NCBI GenBank assembly: GCA_009103225.1
Contig: RHPI01000585.1
Coordinates: 1-64,000, forward strand
Length of the DNA: 64,000 bases
Direction: 5' to 3'
Source of the DNA: Chlorokybus atmophyticus
Taxonomy: Eukaryota > Plantae > Mesostigma and Chlorokybus algae
The translations under genes were made by a program, and so were the position numbers. A model generated the notes under the pieces. That model searched no databases, was not told the DNA's origin, and saw nothing but the letters and a program-made list of their open reading frames with translations. Shown here one piece after another: positions 24,194-36,530 of the stretch (the stretch's first letter is position 1; each line of letters opens with the position of its first letter).

Positions 24194-25876
24194 ATGGCGG
24201 CGGCGGGTAGACGTGGCGGCGGCGCTCCGGCCATGATGTCGCTGGCGGCGCTGCTGCTTACTCTCGCACTCGCGCTGCAGGCTGCCCCACGCGCAGCAGC
24301 CACCTACGCCACCCTCACGTAAGCACAACACTGCGTATGCGTGCGTTGTACTTGAAAGTGTGCGCATGCTCGTGGAACCCGCTGCTGTTGCTCGTGTTGC
24401 GTGGTGGTGGTCTAGCAGCATTGTTGGGAGTTGTGCTTCTGGCGCCATTGTTGAGGGAAAGGAGAAGGCGCTGACACTTGCCTGTTTTTGCTGTGCAGTG
24501 GGTGCGTGTACTGCGACACCTGCAATAATGGTGAGTTCCAGCAGTTCAGGAGCATGCCCTGCGCTCTCAGTGTTGCGCTGAGTGTCAACTCTTGCTGCTA
24601 CGCTCAGCATTGGCTTGCACTTCAGCATGACTGTGTCGAAGCATGCAGTGCCATGGTACTGACCTACTCACTCTGTGTAGGCGTGTATGACTCGACCGCC
24701 GACACCCCTCTGGCCGACATCTCCATGCTCATCACCTGCACCAACACGGCCGGCGTGGTGCAGTCCCTGACTGTCAACACCGGCTCGGATGGGTGCTACC
24801 GCCGCGGCTACGTGCCCACGGTGGAGTCCTACGCGGCCGCCGGGGAGACCTATGCCTCGTGCACCATCCGCCCATACAAGGCCAATGGCAACGCTTGCAG
24901 CAAGGTCTCCACGCGTGCGTGTGGAGCCACCGTCACATTCAGCGGCGCCAATGCTCTGCATGAGGACACCGTTTACACGGTAAGCGAGGGAGGTTGAGGT
25001 TGAGGTTGTGGTTGTGGTGGAGGTTGGTGTCGTGTGTGCGAGTGTGTGTCCGTTGGTGTGAGTCAACTACAGCCTGCAGCAGCGGTCAAACATTGGCTGT
25101 GATATCACCCTGTTTCCTGACTAGGTCCTTGTGCGAACCCACAGGTGCCTCTGCCCTCAGGCTGCTTCACCCCGCCCACCACTCCCGTAAGCTGCTTCCC
25201 ATCGCCTCCTCCCCCGAAGCCGTCCCCTCCTCCGCCCTCCCCCAGCCCCCCCTCCCCTCCNTCGCATTGTTTGGTGCAACTCGGTGCGAAAGTAGTCCTT
25301 GAGTTGGGGACGCCTTTGATTGAAGCGACAAGCACGCGTGGAAGAGAGGGGGGAAATATCTCAGTCAATCAAGGTGTTCAATACAGACACGCGGCATGCA
25401 GCCCGTGTGTGACGCCCCAAACAGACAGTGCAGCATTGTCAGCATCTCATCCCAGCGAGGCGCTGTTCTGTCCTCTTCCGTCACCGAAGCCATCTCCGCC
25501 CCCTCCCAAGGCAGGCACCCCTCCCAAGGCAGGCACCCCTCCCAAGGCAGGCAACCCACCCAAGGCAGGCACCCCTCCAAAGGCTGGCAACCCACCCAAG
25601 GCAGGCACCCCTCCCAAGGCCGGCAACCCACCCAAGGCAGGCACACCTCCAAAGGCTGGCAACCCACCCAAGGCAGGTACCCCACCCAAGGGTGTCAAGT
25701 CTCCTCCTCCGGCCAAGTCCCCCCCTCCTGTCTACTCCTCCAAGTCCCCACCCCCACCCAAGGCAGGGACCCCACCCAAGGCAGGCACCCCACCCAAGGG
25801 TTATGAGGACTCCTACAAGTCCCCACCCCCGTCGAGGTCCTGGTACAAGTCCCCGCCTCCCGGCAAGGACTGCTGA
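24194..25876 (+). CDS. Secreted Pollen Ole e I-domain / extensin-like proline-rich cell-wall protein (4 exons: 24194-24318, 24499-24530, 24681-24979, 25145-25876)
   Basis: Signal peptide MMSLAALLLTLALALQAAPRAAA; Ole e I signature GCVYCDTC...PLADISMLITC...TGSDGCY...C...C; all splice phases fit. C-terminus has SPPPP, (PPKAG[T/N])n and YKSPPP motifs. Confidence 0.85.
25262..25478 (+). repeat. 217-bp exact duplicate of 31444-31660
   Basis: Identical sequence tcgcattgtttgg...ctgtcctcttc at both loci; this copy starts right after a single n (25261). Confidence 0.95.
25497..25690 (+). repeat. 18-bp coding tandem repeat (PPKAGT/PPKAGN x ~10)
   Basis: cc[ta]cccaaggcaggca[ac]c units are directly visible. 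Confidence 0.95.
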
Positions 25877-26719
25877 GCGTAGGAGATAGTACTAGTGTGT
25901 GTTGATTGAAACGGAGTGAATGACTATGTCTCCCTTTAGTGTCGTTTGATATCCCCAGACAATTATAGTTGAGTTTTGTGTGTACAGAGTCAGACCCCTA
26001 AATGCCCCCGGTCGGACTCGTAAGCAGTGGGTGATCCAACAGAGGTTGTGTCCTTCACTGTTCTGCTTGACACTTTCTCTCTGGCAAGTGTTGTTGATCT
26101 CAAATTTTACCTACGTATACGCATTGTTGCTGACGCTGTGATCATGTGTTGTGCATCAAGCACGGTGATTGGTCGCCTGTAAGCAACAGCAATCACATCT
26201 TGAATTTTCTTGTTTAAGTCGTTATCTAACACAGGCACTCTTATTCACACGCACATGTGCACGCAAACGAGCTAGCGACCCAAGCATATGTTAACATACG
26301 TGCATGCACATATGACACTTTTATATACAAGTCATATGTATCCACGCATTCAGCAGTCTGCATGGCAAATGATGCACGTTTGCACACACTCGCACAGACA
26401 TTAGCAAGCACGCCAGCACACGCACATGCGGATGCAAGTTCGCGCTCGCAAACAACACAGCGACAATCATGCCAGCTGAAGCATTTGTCAACTCCTCATC
26501 ACCTTCGTGATAGTATGCATGTCGTCATGGTACGAATCGGCCGCAGCAAGGGTCACATCGTGCGTTCCTTGGCGTATGTGTTCATGTGATGAGTTTATGT
26601 ACTTGAAGGGCACAACTGCACATGTATACAACAACACAAGAACCTGAGACGGCTTGCTCGTCGGTTTTGTGGCAGACAGTTTGTGAACATGAGTGATTTG
26701 TGGTAGTCATAGGTATGGG

Positions 26720-26722
<3 letters not shown>

Positions 26723-26769
<47 letters not shown>
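26723..26769. repeat. (GA)n microsatellite running into an N gap
   Basis: Directly visible. Confidence 0.97.
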
Positions 26770-28482
26770 NNNNNNNNNNNNNNNNNNNNNNNNNNNNNNN
26801 NNNNNNNNNNNNNNNNNNNNNNNNNNNNNNNNNNNNNNNNNNNNNNNNNNNNNNNNNNNNNNNNNNNNNNNNNNNNNNNNNNNNNNNNNNNNNNNNNNNN
26901 NNNNNNNNNNNNNNNNNNNNNNNNNNNNNNNNNNNNNNNNNNNNNNNNNNNNNNNNNNNNNNNNNNNNNNNNNNNNNNNNNNNNNNNNNNNNNNNNNNNN
27001 NNNNNNNNNNNNNNNNNNNNNNNNNNNNNNNNNNNNNNNNNNNNNNNNNNNNNNNNNNNNNNNNNNNNNNNNNNNNNNNNNNNNNNNNNNNNNNNNNNNN
27101 NNNNNNNNNNNNNNNNNNNNNNNNNNNNNNNNNNNNNNNNNNNNNNNNNNNNNNNNNNNNNNNNNNNNNNNNNNNNNNNNNNNNNNNNNNNNNNNNNNNN
27201 NNNNNNNNNNNNNNNNNNNNNNNNNNNNNNNNNNNNNNNNNNNNNNNNNNNNNNNNNNNNNNNNNNNNNNNNNNNNNNNNNNNNNNNNNNNNNNNNNNNN
27301 NNNNNNNNNNNNNNNNNNNNNNNNNNNNNNNNNNNNNNNNNNNNNNNNNNNNNNNNNNNNNNNNNNNNNNNNNNNNNNNNNNNNNNNNNNNNNNNNNNNN
27401 NNNNNNNNNNNNNNNNNNNNNNNNNNNCCCCCCCCCCCACACACACACACGTCAACTTGCATGTCCTGGGTACGCAGGAAGGGTAAACGCTTTTAACTGT
27501 GCGCACACACATTCCAATTGGCTTGGCCGCTGCCTATCTCCTGAAACGTGTATGCATACAGGCTACTAACCTGCGGTGTTATGTGTCACACGCATTTGCA
27601 TGGTAGAGTGCATGTGTGCGTGTAAATGCACTAGCACTCGCCGCCATACCAAAGCGGTCATGCTGATTGACGACTGAAGCCCAACCATCCGTCATGTTGA
27701 AGGACTGCGCTGGTGCACGCGTTTGCTGTTTCTGTGCTCTGTGCGTGTGTCCAAACTTAAACCACAGAAACTTGCGTGTGAACACCACTGCAATCTAGCA
27801 GGTCAGAATGGACATCTTGCTTGTGTACATATGAGGCAAAGTGCGCCACGTTTACCAATACACCAAATCTCAACTCTTAGTTATTGCGTACTGACAGAAG
27901 CGTGCCAGCTGTCTCGGCGCGACGTGTGACTTACTGATGATCATACCACAGAATTCGCGTGGGGCCCGCTGTTCTCACATAGCAATGGTCAATGCCAAAC
28001 CAATACTGTACAGGACCAGCATACCACAACGATGGACATGTGAAGGCAGTCCCATGATAAAGACGGGCATACACCCGTCGCACATCTGTCGGTCTATGGA
28101 ACCAGACTTCTAGTCTGCGGACCTGCTATTATGTATCAATTATCGTTTGTACCATGCCCTGGAGCTTATATTCAGATCCAGCCACCTCGTGTGGTGTGCC
28201 GGCGCTTGCATCAGAGAGATCCACAAGTTGCCGGTGTCAGCTCAGCGACGCAACTCGCAGACCGTCTTGCGTGTTGGAGACGCCTGTGCGCAAAGCAAAG
28301 GCAAAGATGTAGACAAGAGAGTCTGGCATGAAGTTTACAAAATTCCCGCACGTTTGTAACACGTACACAAGCGCGTACACACATGCACACATGCATTCAC
28401 GCGGACACACGCACGCCCGCGTCCACTGTTGCACGCGCCCACGCACGCACGCACGCGTACACACAAAGAGATAACAGCACAA

Positions 28483-31064
28483 TCAGCATGTCCACGCACC
28501 CGTGTTTCCTCCCAACGCCAGCAGGACCACGCCGTACGGTCCCAACGCGTCCACCACGACGTTGTTATCGAGAGTCACGCCGCTGCTGTCTGACACGAAC
28601 ACGACCGAGTTCTGATTCACGTTGAAGTCGATTCCCGTGGTGTCGGGAACGGCATAGTGAGGCTGCCAACACACAGGAGGTTGGGTGACTGCCTGTCCGT
28701 TTAAACACACAACATACACACAACACACAAACACACACGGCTCACCTGCAAGAACTGGTTGTCGGTGATTGCAACATTGTACGCCGCGATGACAACTAGG
28801 TTCACGCCACACGCGCGCACAATCGTGTTGTCCACAATCTCAACTGTGTTCCACGCAGTCGACGTCTTCCCGCCTCCCACATCACGCACAACACCCGTAA
28901 TGGATATCGCTCCAGCCTGTAACAGAAAGATGGTTAACGACACGTAAGTCGACACAACATTCACACATACCAACGTAACGTTCTCTTCCCACCTGGAGGT
29001 TGTACGGTGCGGGATACACGCATCTACTGTCGGACAGCGTATTGTTCATAACATACAACTCATAACCTCCGAAGGCGCCTTGCGGTAGGATATCCGACGC
29101 GCCCACAATATCTCCAACCTTGATGACATTATTCTCTATGCGTCCCCCGCCCTTCGCCATCACACGCCCAACACTATCCACATAATTCCCCCTAAAAACA
29201 AACCCGTTGCCTTGTCTCGACGGACAGTACAGCGACGTCCCAACTTGGAGACCCGTGTTGGAACCCGTCACGTTGACGACAAACACACCCGGGCCGGTAG
29301 ATAAAGACCAAAACCCGAACGCCGACGCTTTAGCTATATTGTCGATTATATCAGGAATCACTCTTGCTTGTGATAAAGGGACTAGTTTGACGTCTGTTAT
29401 GATGATGTCAGATTGACCCAACCCGAGGGTCAAACGGTCGCCCGGTTCTAAGTGTGGGACCGTGCTGCGGGCACCCAGGGTTATGGTTGTGGTGCCGGAG
29501 GATAGCCTGCGTGGTGGGAAGGAATAGGAGGTTTGTTATTGTTTAGGGGTGTGACAGCGTGCACGCACGTGTGTGTGTCTGTGTGTGTGTGTGTGCGTGC
29601 GCGAACCATCTTACTCTGTGACTGCGAGTACCACAAAGTCTTCCGACGCGATGCTCCACGAGTCGTCTCCGCATCGCTCTATTCTGCAGCCTTCCACGAT
29701 GGGACCGACGGCCGTGTTGATGTGCACCATGCCGTCCCACACGGACGACAACAGCCGCTTGACACTCGCACCGGGCGGGGTGGGGCCTAAGCAACGGGCT
29801 CACATTCTGCGTTGCTATCGATGCATGAGAGATATTTGTTTGTAGTGTGGTACCAAACATGCTCACCTGGAGTGATGACCATGTTGGTGACGATCGTGCC
29901 GCCCACGCCCGCCGTTTCGGCAAAGGCGGCGCCCGGCGCGGCGAGGATGGTCACGTCGAAAAACTCCATACCGCCCTCGCACTAAAAGCACATGCATTGT
30001 GCTGGATACCAGACACACGCACGCACGCACACACGCGTACCCGCCTTTGTGTAAAGTACCTTGTACACGCTTATGGCGTGGGGCGACCCGTATTCGGCCC
30101 CATCCGTCGCTATCATAGCGATGTAGCTGTTTTCGACGGCTGTCTGTCCGATATCAGCCAGGTGCACGCGCACGACACCGTCCGCAAGACCCTCCACCCA
30201 CGAGCCCCAACTGTGAGTGTGTACAGGTTGTTTATGGAAACACATTGCAAAAACGGTGTGCCTGTGTTTAACACTTCGCAATTGAGACCACTACCGTAAC
30301 GAGAGTTCTTTGCACGCATACGCGTACACGCACGCACGCACGCACGCGCCAACTTGTACGCATACACGCACACACTTTGTTTGTCAGGACACAGGTCTAC
30401 ACTCACGTGTAGGGAGACCCCAATTGCACATGAAGCGTCCTCGGGTTTACAATCACGATCCGCTCAAACTGCGCGGTGTTGGGGTACCCGTCGTGCAGCT
30501 TGACGTCGACGTAGCTCCTGTACTTGGGGTCCACGGCGACGACGGTGCCTTGAGTGAACGCGAACGCGGACGGGTGGTAGTCGACGGTGAGACCGCGCAA
30601 CACAACGTTGCGACACCTGAGCAGAGTGAACGGAACCCGGTGTGTGCGCATGCAAACCAACTTAGATTGCTATGAAAGCTGTCACCTCCAAGGCAACACG
30701 AACACAGACACAAACCCACTCACTCTACAAACTGGATGGCTCTCGTGCGATTGAGACAGATGATCGTGACCCCCTCCGCCACGATCTCCAAGTCCTGGGC
30801 GCTGTTGATGAACAGGTGTCCCTGGCTGTCGCTCGCCGCCTGGAGCGCGTACTCCCCCCGCGGGATGACGACTTGCGGAGCTTTACTCGCAATGGCTGTG
30901 TCGATCAGTTGTTGGATGGATGGCTGCTGCAAGAGGTGTCTTGTTGATGATGGTGGTGATGATGATGATGATGATGATGGTGTGGGGCGGATGGCGCATG
31001 CCAGCTGGAGGTTGGGGGTGAAGGTGGTGGTGGTAATGGCAAGCAGCAGCCATGAAGCCCACAT
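28483..31064 (-). CDS. Secreted right-handed parallel beta-helix protein, GH110 (alpha-galactosidase)-like; 8 exons, ~627 aa
   Basis: Exons 31064-30724, 30616-30407, 30210-30060, 29981-29867, 29786-29615, 29506-28993, 28916-28746 and 28692-28483 join in frame via GT-AG (1884 nt). N-terminal hydrophobic leader; IQQLIDTAIASKAPQVVIPRGEY; CRNVVLRGLTVDYHPSAFAFTQGTVVAVDP...DVKLHDGYP; RLLSSVWDG...GPIVEGCRIERCGDDSWSI; repeated I.NN.I strands. Confidence 0.78.
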
Positions 31065-31110
31065 TGGCCTAATCCACAAGATAAGTTGGAATGAGCACCG
31101 AGGGTTGGGA

Positions 31111-31145
<35 letters not shown>

Positions 31146-32158
31146 TCCATAAAGCAATGCATTGACCAGTGGGGTTTCCTGTGCAACAGCATGGCCATCC
31201 TGGCTTTGGCTGGCGAGTGTGTTTTTGTTGGCAAGTGCTCTCTGTACAATACACCACAGCAGCAGTTGTAGTTGTCAACCCCAACTCACGCGAAGCAGTC
31301 CCTCACTCGCAGGCGTACACACGCACTTCGCCACGCCGCAAGCGCTTGCGTGAAGTGTTGACAGCTAGCATGGGAGCTTGGCTGCTGTCGCAACCATCTT
31401 CTTCAGCATACTCATCATTAGCATTTGTTTCCCCATCAGCCAGTCGCATTGTTTGGTGCAACTCGGTGCGAAAGTAGTCCTTGAGTTGGGGACGCCTTTG
31501 ATTGAAGCGACAAGCACGCGTGGAAGAGAGGGGGGAAATATCTCAGTCAATCAAGGTGTTCAATACAGACACGCGGCATGCAGCCCGTGTGTGACGCCCC
31601 AAACAGACAGTGCAGCATTGTCAGCATCTCATCCCAGCGAGGCGCTGTTCTGTCCTCTTCAATGCACAAAAACGAGGTGAGACCCAGACACGTGCGATGC
31701 ATGCATGCGTAAGCAGAGCCCTCAAGCTTGGCTGAAACTCATCTCCTCGGGCTACACGAAGGTGGTCGATCAACGTCACCAACGCAGCCCTGATTACGGC
31801 AGCTGTGCATTGCGCCTCTCTTGGAAGTCCCGCCGCATGCAGCGTGGCCCACGCTGCTGCTTGGGCGGCGACATGACACAGGAGGCGAAAGCGCTGGCAT
31901 GGATGTGACGCATGAGGGGGACGCATGATGCATGGCTCGTGGGTTGGGTGGGTACAGGGATGAATGCGAGCAGGAGGGCGGGCCGTCCGAGGCCTGCAGT
32001 ACCCGACCACTGCACGCCCACGCTTGGAGCTGAAAAGCCCAAGTGGCCTTAGCAACAAACCGTTCTGTACTAAGTTAAGTTCAATTGCCATTCTTCCAAC
32101 CCTCGTGTGTTTTAATATAAATATAGATATGTAGCATTTGCGTATCTACAGCAACAGC

Positions 32159-32229
32159 GCGCCGGTGGTCTAGTGGTAGAATAGTACCCTGCCACGGTAC
32201 AGACCCGGGTTCGATTCCCGGCCGGCGCA
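32159..32229 (+). tRNA. trnG-GCC: tRNA-Gly (GCC)
   Basis: GCGCCGG-TGGTCTAGTGGTAGAATAGTACCCTGCCACGGTACAGACCCGGGTTCGATTCCCGG-CCGGCGCA: complete cloverleaf, nearly identical to land-plant nuclear tRNA-Gly. AT-rich upstream region and a T-run terminator ~10 nt downstream. Confidence 0.98.
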
Positions 32230-33099
32230 GGTTGCCACATTTTTCCTCGCTAAAGTATGATTTGTTTGATAGGCCTACCTGTCAGTATGGCAACACGAAA
32301 AGGCGGCCGAGGTGCGGCGCTGCAACATGCGCCTTTTCCCACATTTGTTTGATAGGCCTAGGGTAAGTGTACCTAATTTCGGCCACAGCAAGTTTTTTGT
32401 TGATAACTACGTCATCCGAGCTGGGATGGCGCCAGAAAGATGTCAGCTTGTATAGCGTACTTAGACGGACGCGAACTAAACTTGCAACTGCACGTTTGGC
32501 GCAGAAATGCGCTGCCTACGTAATTTTGAATGGCTACCTGAAGGCGCCAATTGTTGAAAGACATCTCCTGTACCTCCTAGCAGCTATAACTTTCTACCTA
32601 CTTACTGGTTTGGCATGCGGTCTTTTGCAACGGGTTATGAGTACATGCAACTTGTATCAAACTTTCACGCACAATGATAGACTTATGCAAGAGTTAGGTT
32701 GCCACCCTTTTAGGCTTAACGCGTAATCATTTCTAAGGTGGGGAGGTATGGTTTGACATTGCGGGGGTGTTTGAGTGCGTGGGTTGTTGCAGCAGTCGTA
32801 GTAGCATGCTGTAAGCGTGTATTAGCATGCACAAATGCTAGAGTAGAATGTGGGTGTGCGGGTGTGTGGGTGAGGGTGACGGTGGGGTGGTGAGTGTGGG
32901 CGTGCGGACAAGCATTGCAAGGCCAAGGAGTGTATTGCACTTGAGTTCTGGTGGCTTTCGTATACAGGTAATGGCTACAACTAGCAGCTACAACTAGCAG
33001 CTCAATGTTGGCGGTGGTTGTCTCCCGTGTTGGGGAGTTTGCTGTTGCTGCCATGTTGCATTATAGCCCATGTTATATCCTAGCCCATGTTGCATCCTT

Positions 33100-35760
33100 G
33101 CTCAGGTGAGGCGCACACCACCATCAAGCGCCAGGCGTGTCACCAGCAAGAGTGTGCGTCTGCTTGAGAATGCTCGGGCGAGCAAGCACAAGAGGGGCCC
33201 CTACATCGACAAGCAACAACGCAAGCGGATGTTGCCAGAGGTGCAACAAGCTCTTCACGCGGTGGAGACAGCTTGCATGTCTTTGGCTGAAGCCGCACGT
33301 GAACGTGAACTCCCTACCTCCACTCTGTCAGACTACATAAAGCCCCCAAACGCTTGCAAAACTACAAGTAAGTGTTAGAAAGTAAGGGGGGTATCGTACC
33401 ATGATGGTCGTGCAGTAAGCTCATGTGCATGTGCATGTGCATGTTGACAGGGGAGCTGGTAGGCCGTGCTAACAGAAGAGGAAGAAGCTGAGGTAGTTGA
33501 GGTGCTGACATACTCCAACGACATTAGACAAGCTATGACAGAGCAAGACATAGCCGTGTATGTTGCCAAGCGACTTCAGAAGGTCCCAAGGCGACACCCA
33601 TTTGCCAACGGCATTCTGGGACGCAAATGGGTCCAGAGTTTAAGAGGCAGGCACAAATTGAGCAAGCGCATAGCAGAACCTTTGGATGCTAGCAAAACAG
33701 CGAGTTTCAAGCGGTGCATCGTGAAGGACTACTTTCAACAGCTGAAGCGTGTGCTGTAGCACCTCAAGATAGGTCCAAAACGCATTGTGTCATGTGATGA
33801 TGTGGGGATTGAGCCAGAGTCCCGCATGAAGAACAGGACAGTGATCGTCAAGAGGTGAGAAGCACACATGCATGTGCATGCGTGTGCAAGCATGTGTAAG
33901 CATGTGTGCTTCTCACCTCTTGTGTTGATATGCAGTGGGTCAAAGTGGGCTCAACTAGGCACAGCAGGTGGTAGACAACACATCACCGTCATGGTAGCCG
34001 TTACTGGAGCTGGTTGTGCCATCCCATGCACTGCTATTCTAGCCGGTGCTCATGTGTACCCTGAGTGGAGTGCTGCATGGTCCATACCTGGTAGCTCTTT
34101 AGCAGTGCAGGAGAACGCCTGAATGACAACTGAGTACTTTGCCACTTGGATAGATCACTTGGCTCACCACATGCCCGGAGGTCTCAGTGTTGATAACCCT
34201 GCGCTGCTCATATATGATGGGCATGTTAGCAAATACCATCTCAAGACTATAGACAAGTGCAAGTCCCTTGGCTTGGAGGTGCTGTTCTTGCCACTGCAAG
34301 TACTTGACGTGGCCTGTTTTAGAAGCATGAAAGCAAGATACAAGCAAGAGTATAGAGCGTGGAGTCAGCTCCACCCAACTGTGAGGGGCTTACCCAACGA
34401 AGACTTTCTGAAGATGCTGGTGCCAAGCATACACGCTGGGCTCAGCAACAACAACATCATCTCGGGTTTCAGAGCATGCGGTGAGCACACAGCAGCATGC
34501 AGCATATTAACACGTGCGTGCATGCAAGTCTCAACATGTGCATGCACCATGCAGGCATCTCTCTTTGGAACGATAGCGCAGCTGACAAGTACCTGCCTCC
34601 AGAGCCAAGGCGTGGTGCACTGGACACCATGCTTGATGCCATTGAGGACGAGGGGGCCGCAGCTAATGCACCAGCAGCTGCTACTCCTGCAGAAGATACA
34701 CCTGCAGGTGCAGCCAGAAATAGACCTGACACAGCAAGTCTATTCTTGCCTCTATAAATAACTTAGCGAACTGAAACATCTAAGTAGCTAAAGGAAAGGA
34801 AATCAACCGAGACTCCGTTAGTAGTGGTGAGCGAAAACGGATTAGGCAATTATTAGACTTTACACATTTAGTAGAAAAGTATTGGAATAACTTGCCAAAG
34901 AAGGTGAAAGCCCTGTATATTAAAGTAGAGTTTCTAAGGAATGAGTAAAACGAGAAATCTATCTTGTTTGAAGATAGGGGAACCACCCTCTAAGCCTAAG
35001 TATTTCTCAATGACCGATAGTGAACCAGTACCGTGAGGGAAAGGTGAAATGAAACCTAATAAATAAAAGGTGTGAAAAGACCTGAAACCCGATGCTTACA
35101 ATCAGTCGACGCTCATAGCTAGTTTCCTTGTAAAAAAGGTTATATTGTGCAATAAGACCAAAAGTCAATAGCAGCAATAAAAAGCAGAGTAACGGCGTAC
35201 CTTTTGCATAATGGGTCAGCGAGTCAATGTGTATAGCGAGCTTAAGCCGTTAGGTGGAGGCGTTTACAAAAGAATGTATAGATTGTGATAGAGTTATACA
35301 AATTGTACCCGAAACCGAGTGATCTAGCCATGAGTAGGCTGAAGAAATAGTAACACATTTTGGAGGGCCGAACCCGTGTATGTGGCAAAATACTGGGATA
35401 ACTTGTGGCTAGGGGTGAAAGGCCAATCAAACTCGGAGATAGCTGGTTTTCCGCGAAATCTATTGAGGTAGNGCGTATTCGACTCGTCTTATAAAGAAAA
35501 GGAAGATAGGAGTGAAGCCCAAGACAGCAGAGTGGCTCACCCATGAAGATATTAGAAACCGCCGAGCTCAAATAGAAGAAGAAAGGAGACAAAAGATGGC
35601 AGGCATGCAACAACGATAGGCAACAAGGGCAGCAGCCAAGAGCAAGCAAGCAGAGGCAAGCAAGCGTGCTGAACAATCAAGAAGCGAAGAGGCAACAAGC
35701 TGCGGCCAAGAAAACAGCAGAGCAATGAGCCAAGGTGGCCAAGGCACCTGAGCGTGCAAC
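33100..35760 (+). pseudogene. DDE_1 transposase (HTH_psq + CENP-B HTH + DDE), with stops and an rRNA insertion
   Basis: SLAEAARERELPTSTLSDY; MLTEEEEAEVV...GRKWVQSLRGRH; RIVSCDDVG; ITVMVAVTGAG; LLIYDGHVSK; LQVLDVACFRSMK; the C-terminus resumes after 35478 (KKRKIGVKPKTAEWLTHEDI). Stops at 33757 and 34120. Confidence 0.88.
34755..35478 (+). pseudogene. NUMT: mitochondrial large-subunit rRNA (rnl/rrn26) domain I-II fragment
   Basis: ttagcgaactgaaacatctaagtagctaaaggaaaggaaatcaaccgagactccgttagtag; gaccgatagtgaaccagtaccgtgagggaaaggtgaaa; cgtaccttttgcataatgggtcagcga; ggggtgaaaggccaatcaaactcggagatagctggttttccgcgaaatctatt. These signatures match the plant mitochondrial rather than the plastid type. 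Confidence 0.9.
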
Positions 35761-36530
35761 TGCCCAATTGGCCAAGCAACATGCAGCAGAGTAGCTTGCA
35801 AAAAAGGTAGAGGAGGGTCAGCGTCTAGAAGGAGAGGAGAGAAAACAATGCAAGGAAGGCAATTGAACTTTACGACTCGTGGGATTGGGACCCCATAACA
35901 TGGGTGAGCGAGAAGCACGAACCATTTGGTGACTGGGCGGAGGAGCACTGCTGGAACATGCAGCGGCGGCGCTCAGACTGTCGTGAGGCAGGATCGCGCT
36001 GGAGAGCACGCAAGCAGAACCTTACACAAGTAGGCCCCTAGACATAGCGTAGGAAAACCCTTGTACACCATGTAATATACTAGCCTACTAGCCTACTTGC
36101 GTGCATGCAACACACTCTGTAGCCCTCCCGCCCCCCCTTCCCCCCCGCCCCNGCCGCTGCCTGCCGCCGCCGGCTATGCTAACCCTCACCCACACAGACG
36201 TCAACCACAGATTTGGGCAGTGGTTGGCACCGGCCGAAATTAGGGTGCATGCCATCTTTGACAACTCCTCACACACACCCTACTTTGCAGCCTCATACCT
36301 AACGCTATATGTGTCAGAACAATTAGAAAAAATAATGGACGTGTAGCTTACATCTGGTACAACAACATTGCCTTATGCATGACCGCCAAAAAACCAATAA
36401 AAAAGTAGAGTACAAGCTTGCTGCCTTATTTGGCCGAAATTAGGGACACTTACCCTACCTGTCAGCATGGCAACATGAAAAGGTGGCCGAGGTGCGGCGC
36501 TGCAACATGCGCGGAGAGCATTGTAACGTG

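Larger units (their letters stand above)
32361..36455 (+). mobile_element. Fot1/pogo-like DNA transposon with TA TSD
   Basis: TIR gggtaagtgt[a/c]cctaatttcggcca at both ends; TA at 32359-32360 and 36456-36457. Inserted into the second copy of a ~85-bp tandem unit (ggccTAcctgtcag...). Confidence 0.92.

Noticed and set aside
31378-31680. ORF with a signal-peptide-like N-terminus overlapping the 217-bp duplicate
   Set aside because: TTG start only, no recognisable domain, located just upstream of the minus-strand beta-helix gene; probably incidental.
34755-35478. Functional rRNA gene or bacterial/plastid contamination
   Set aside because: Partial, embedded within a nuclear TE between TIRs, and signature bases match the plant mitochondrial LSU.
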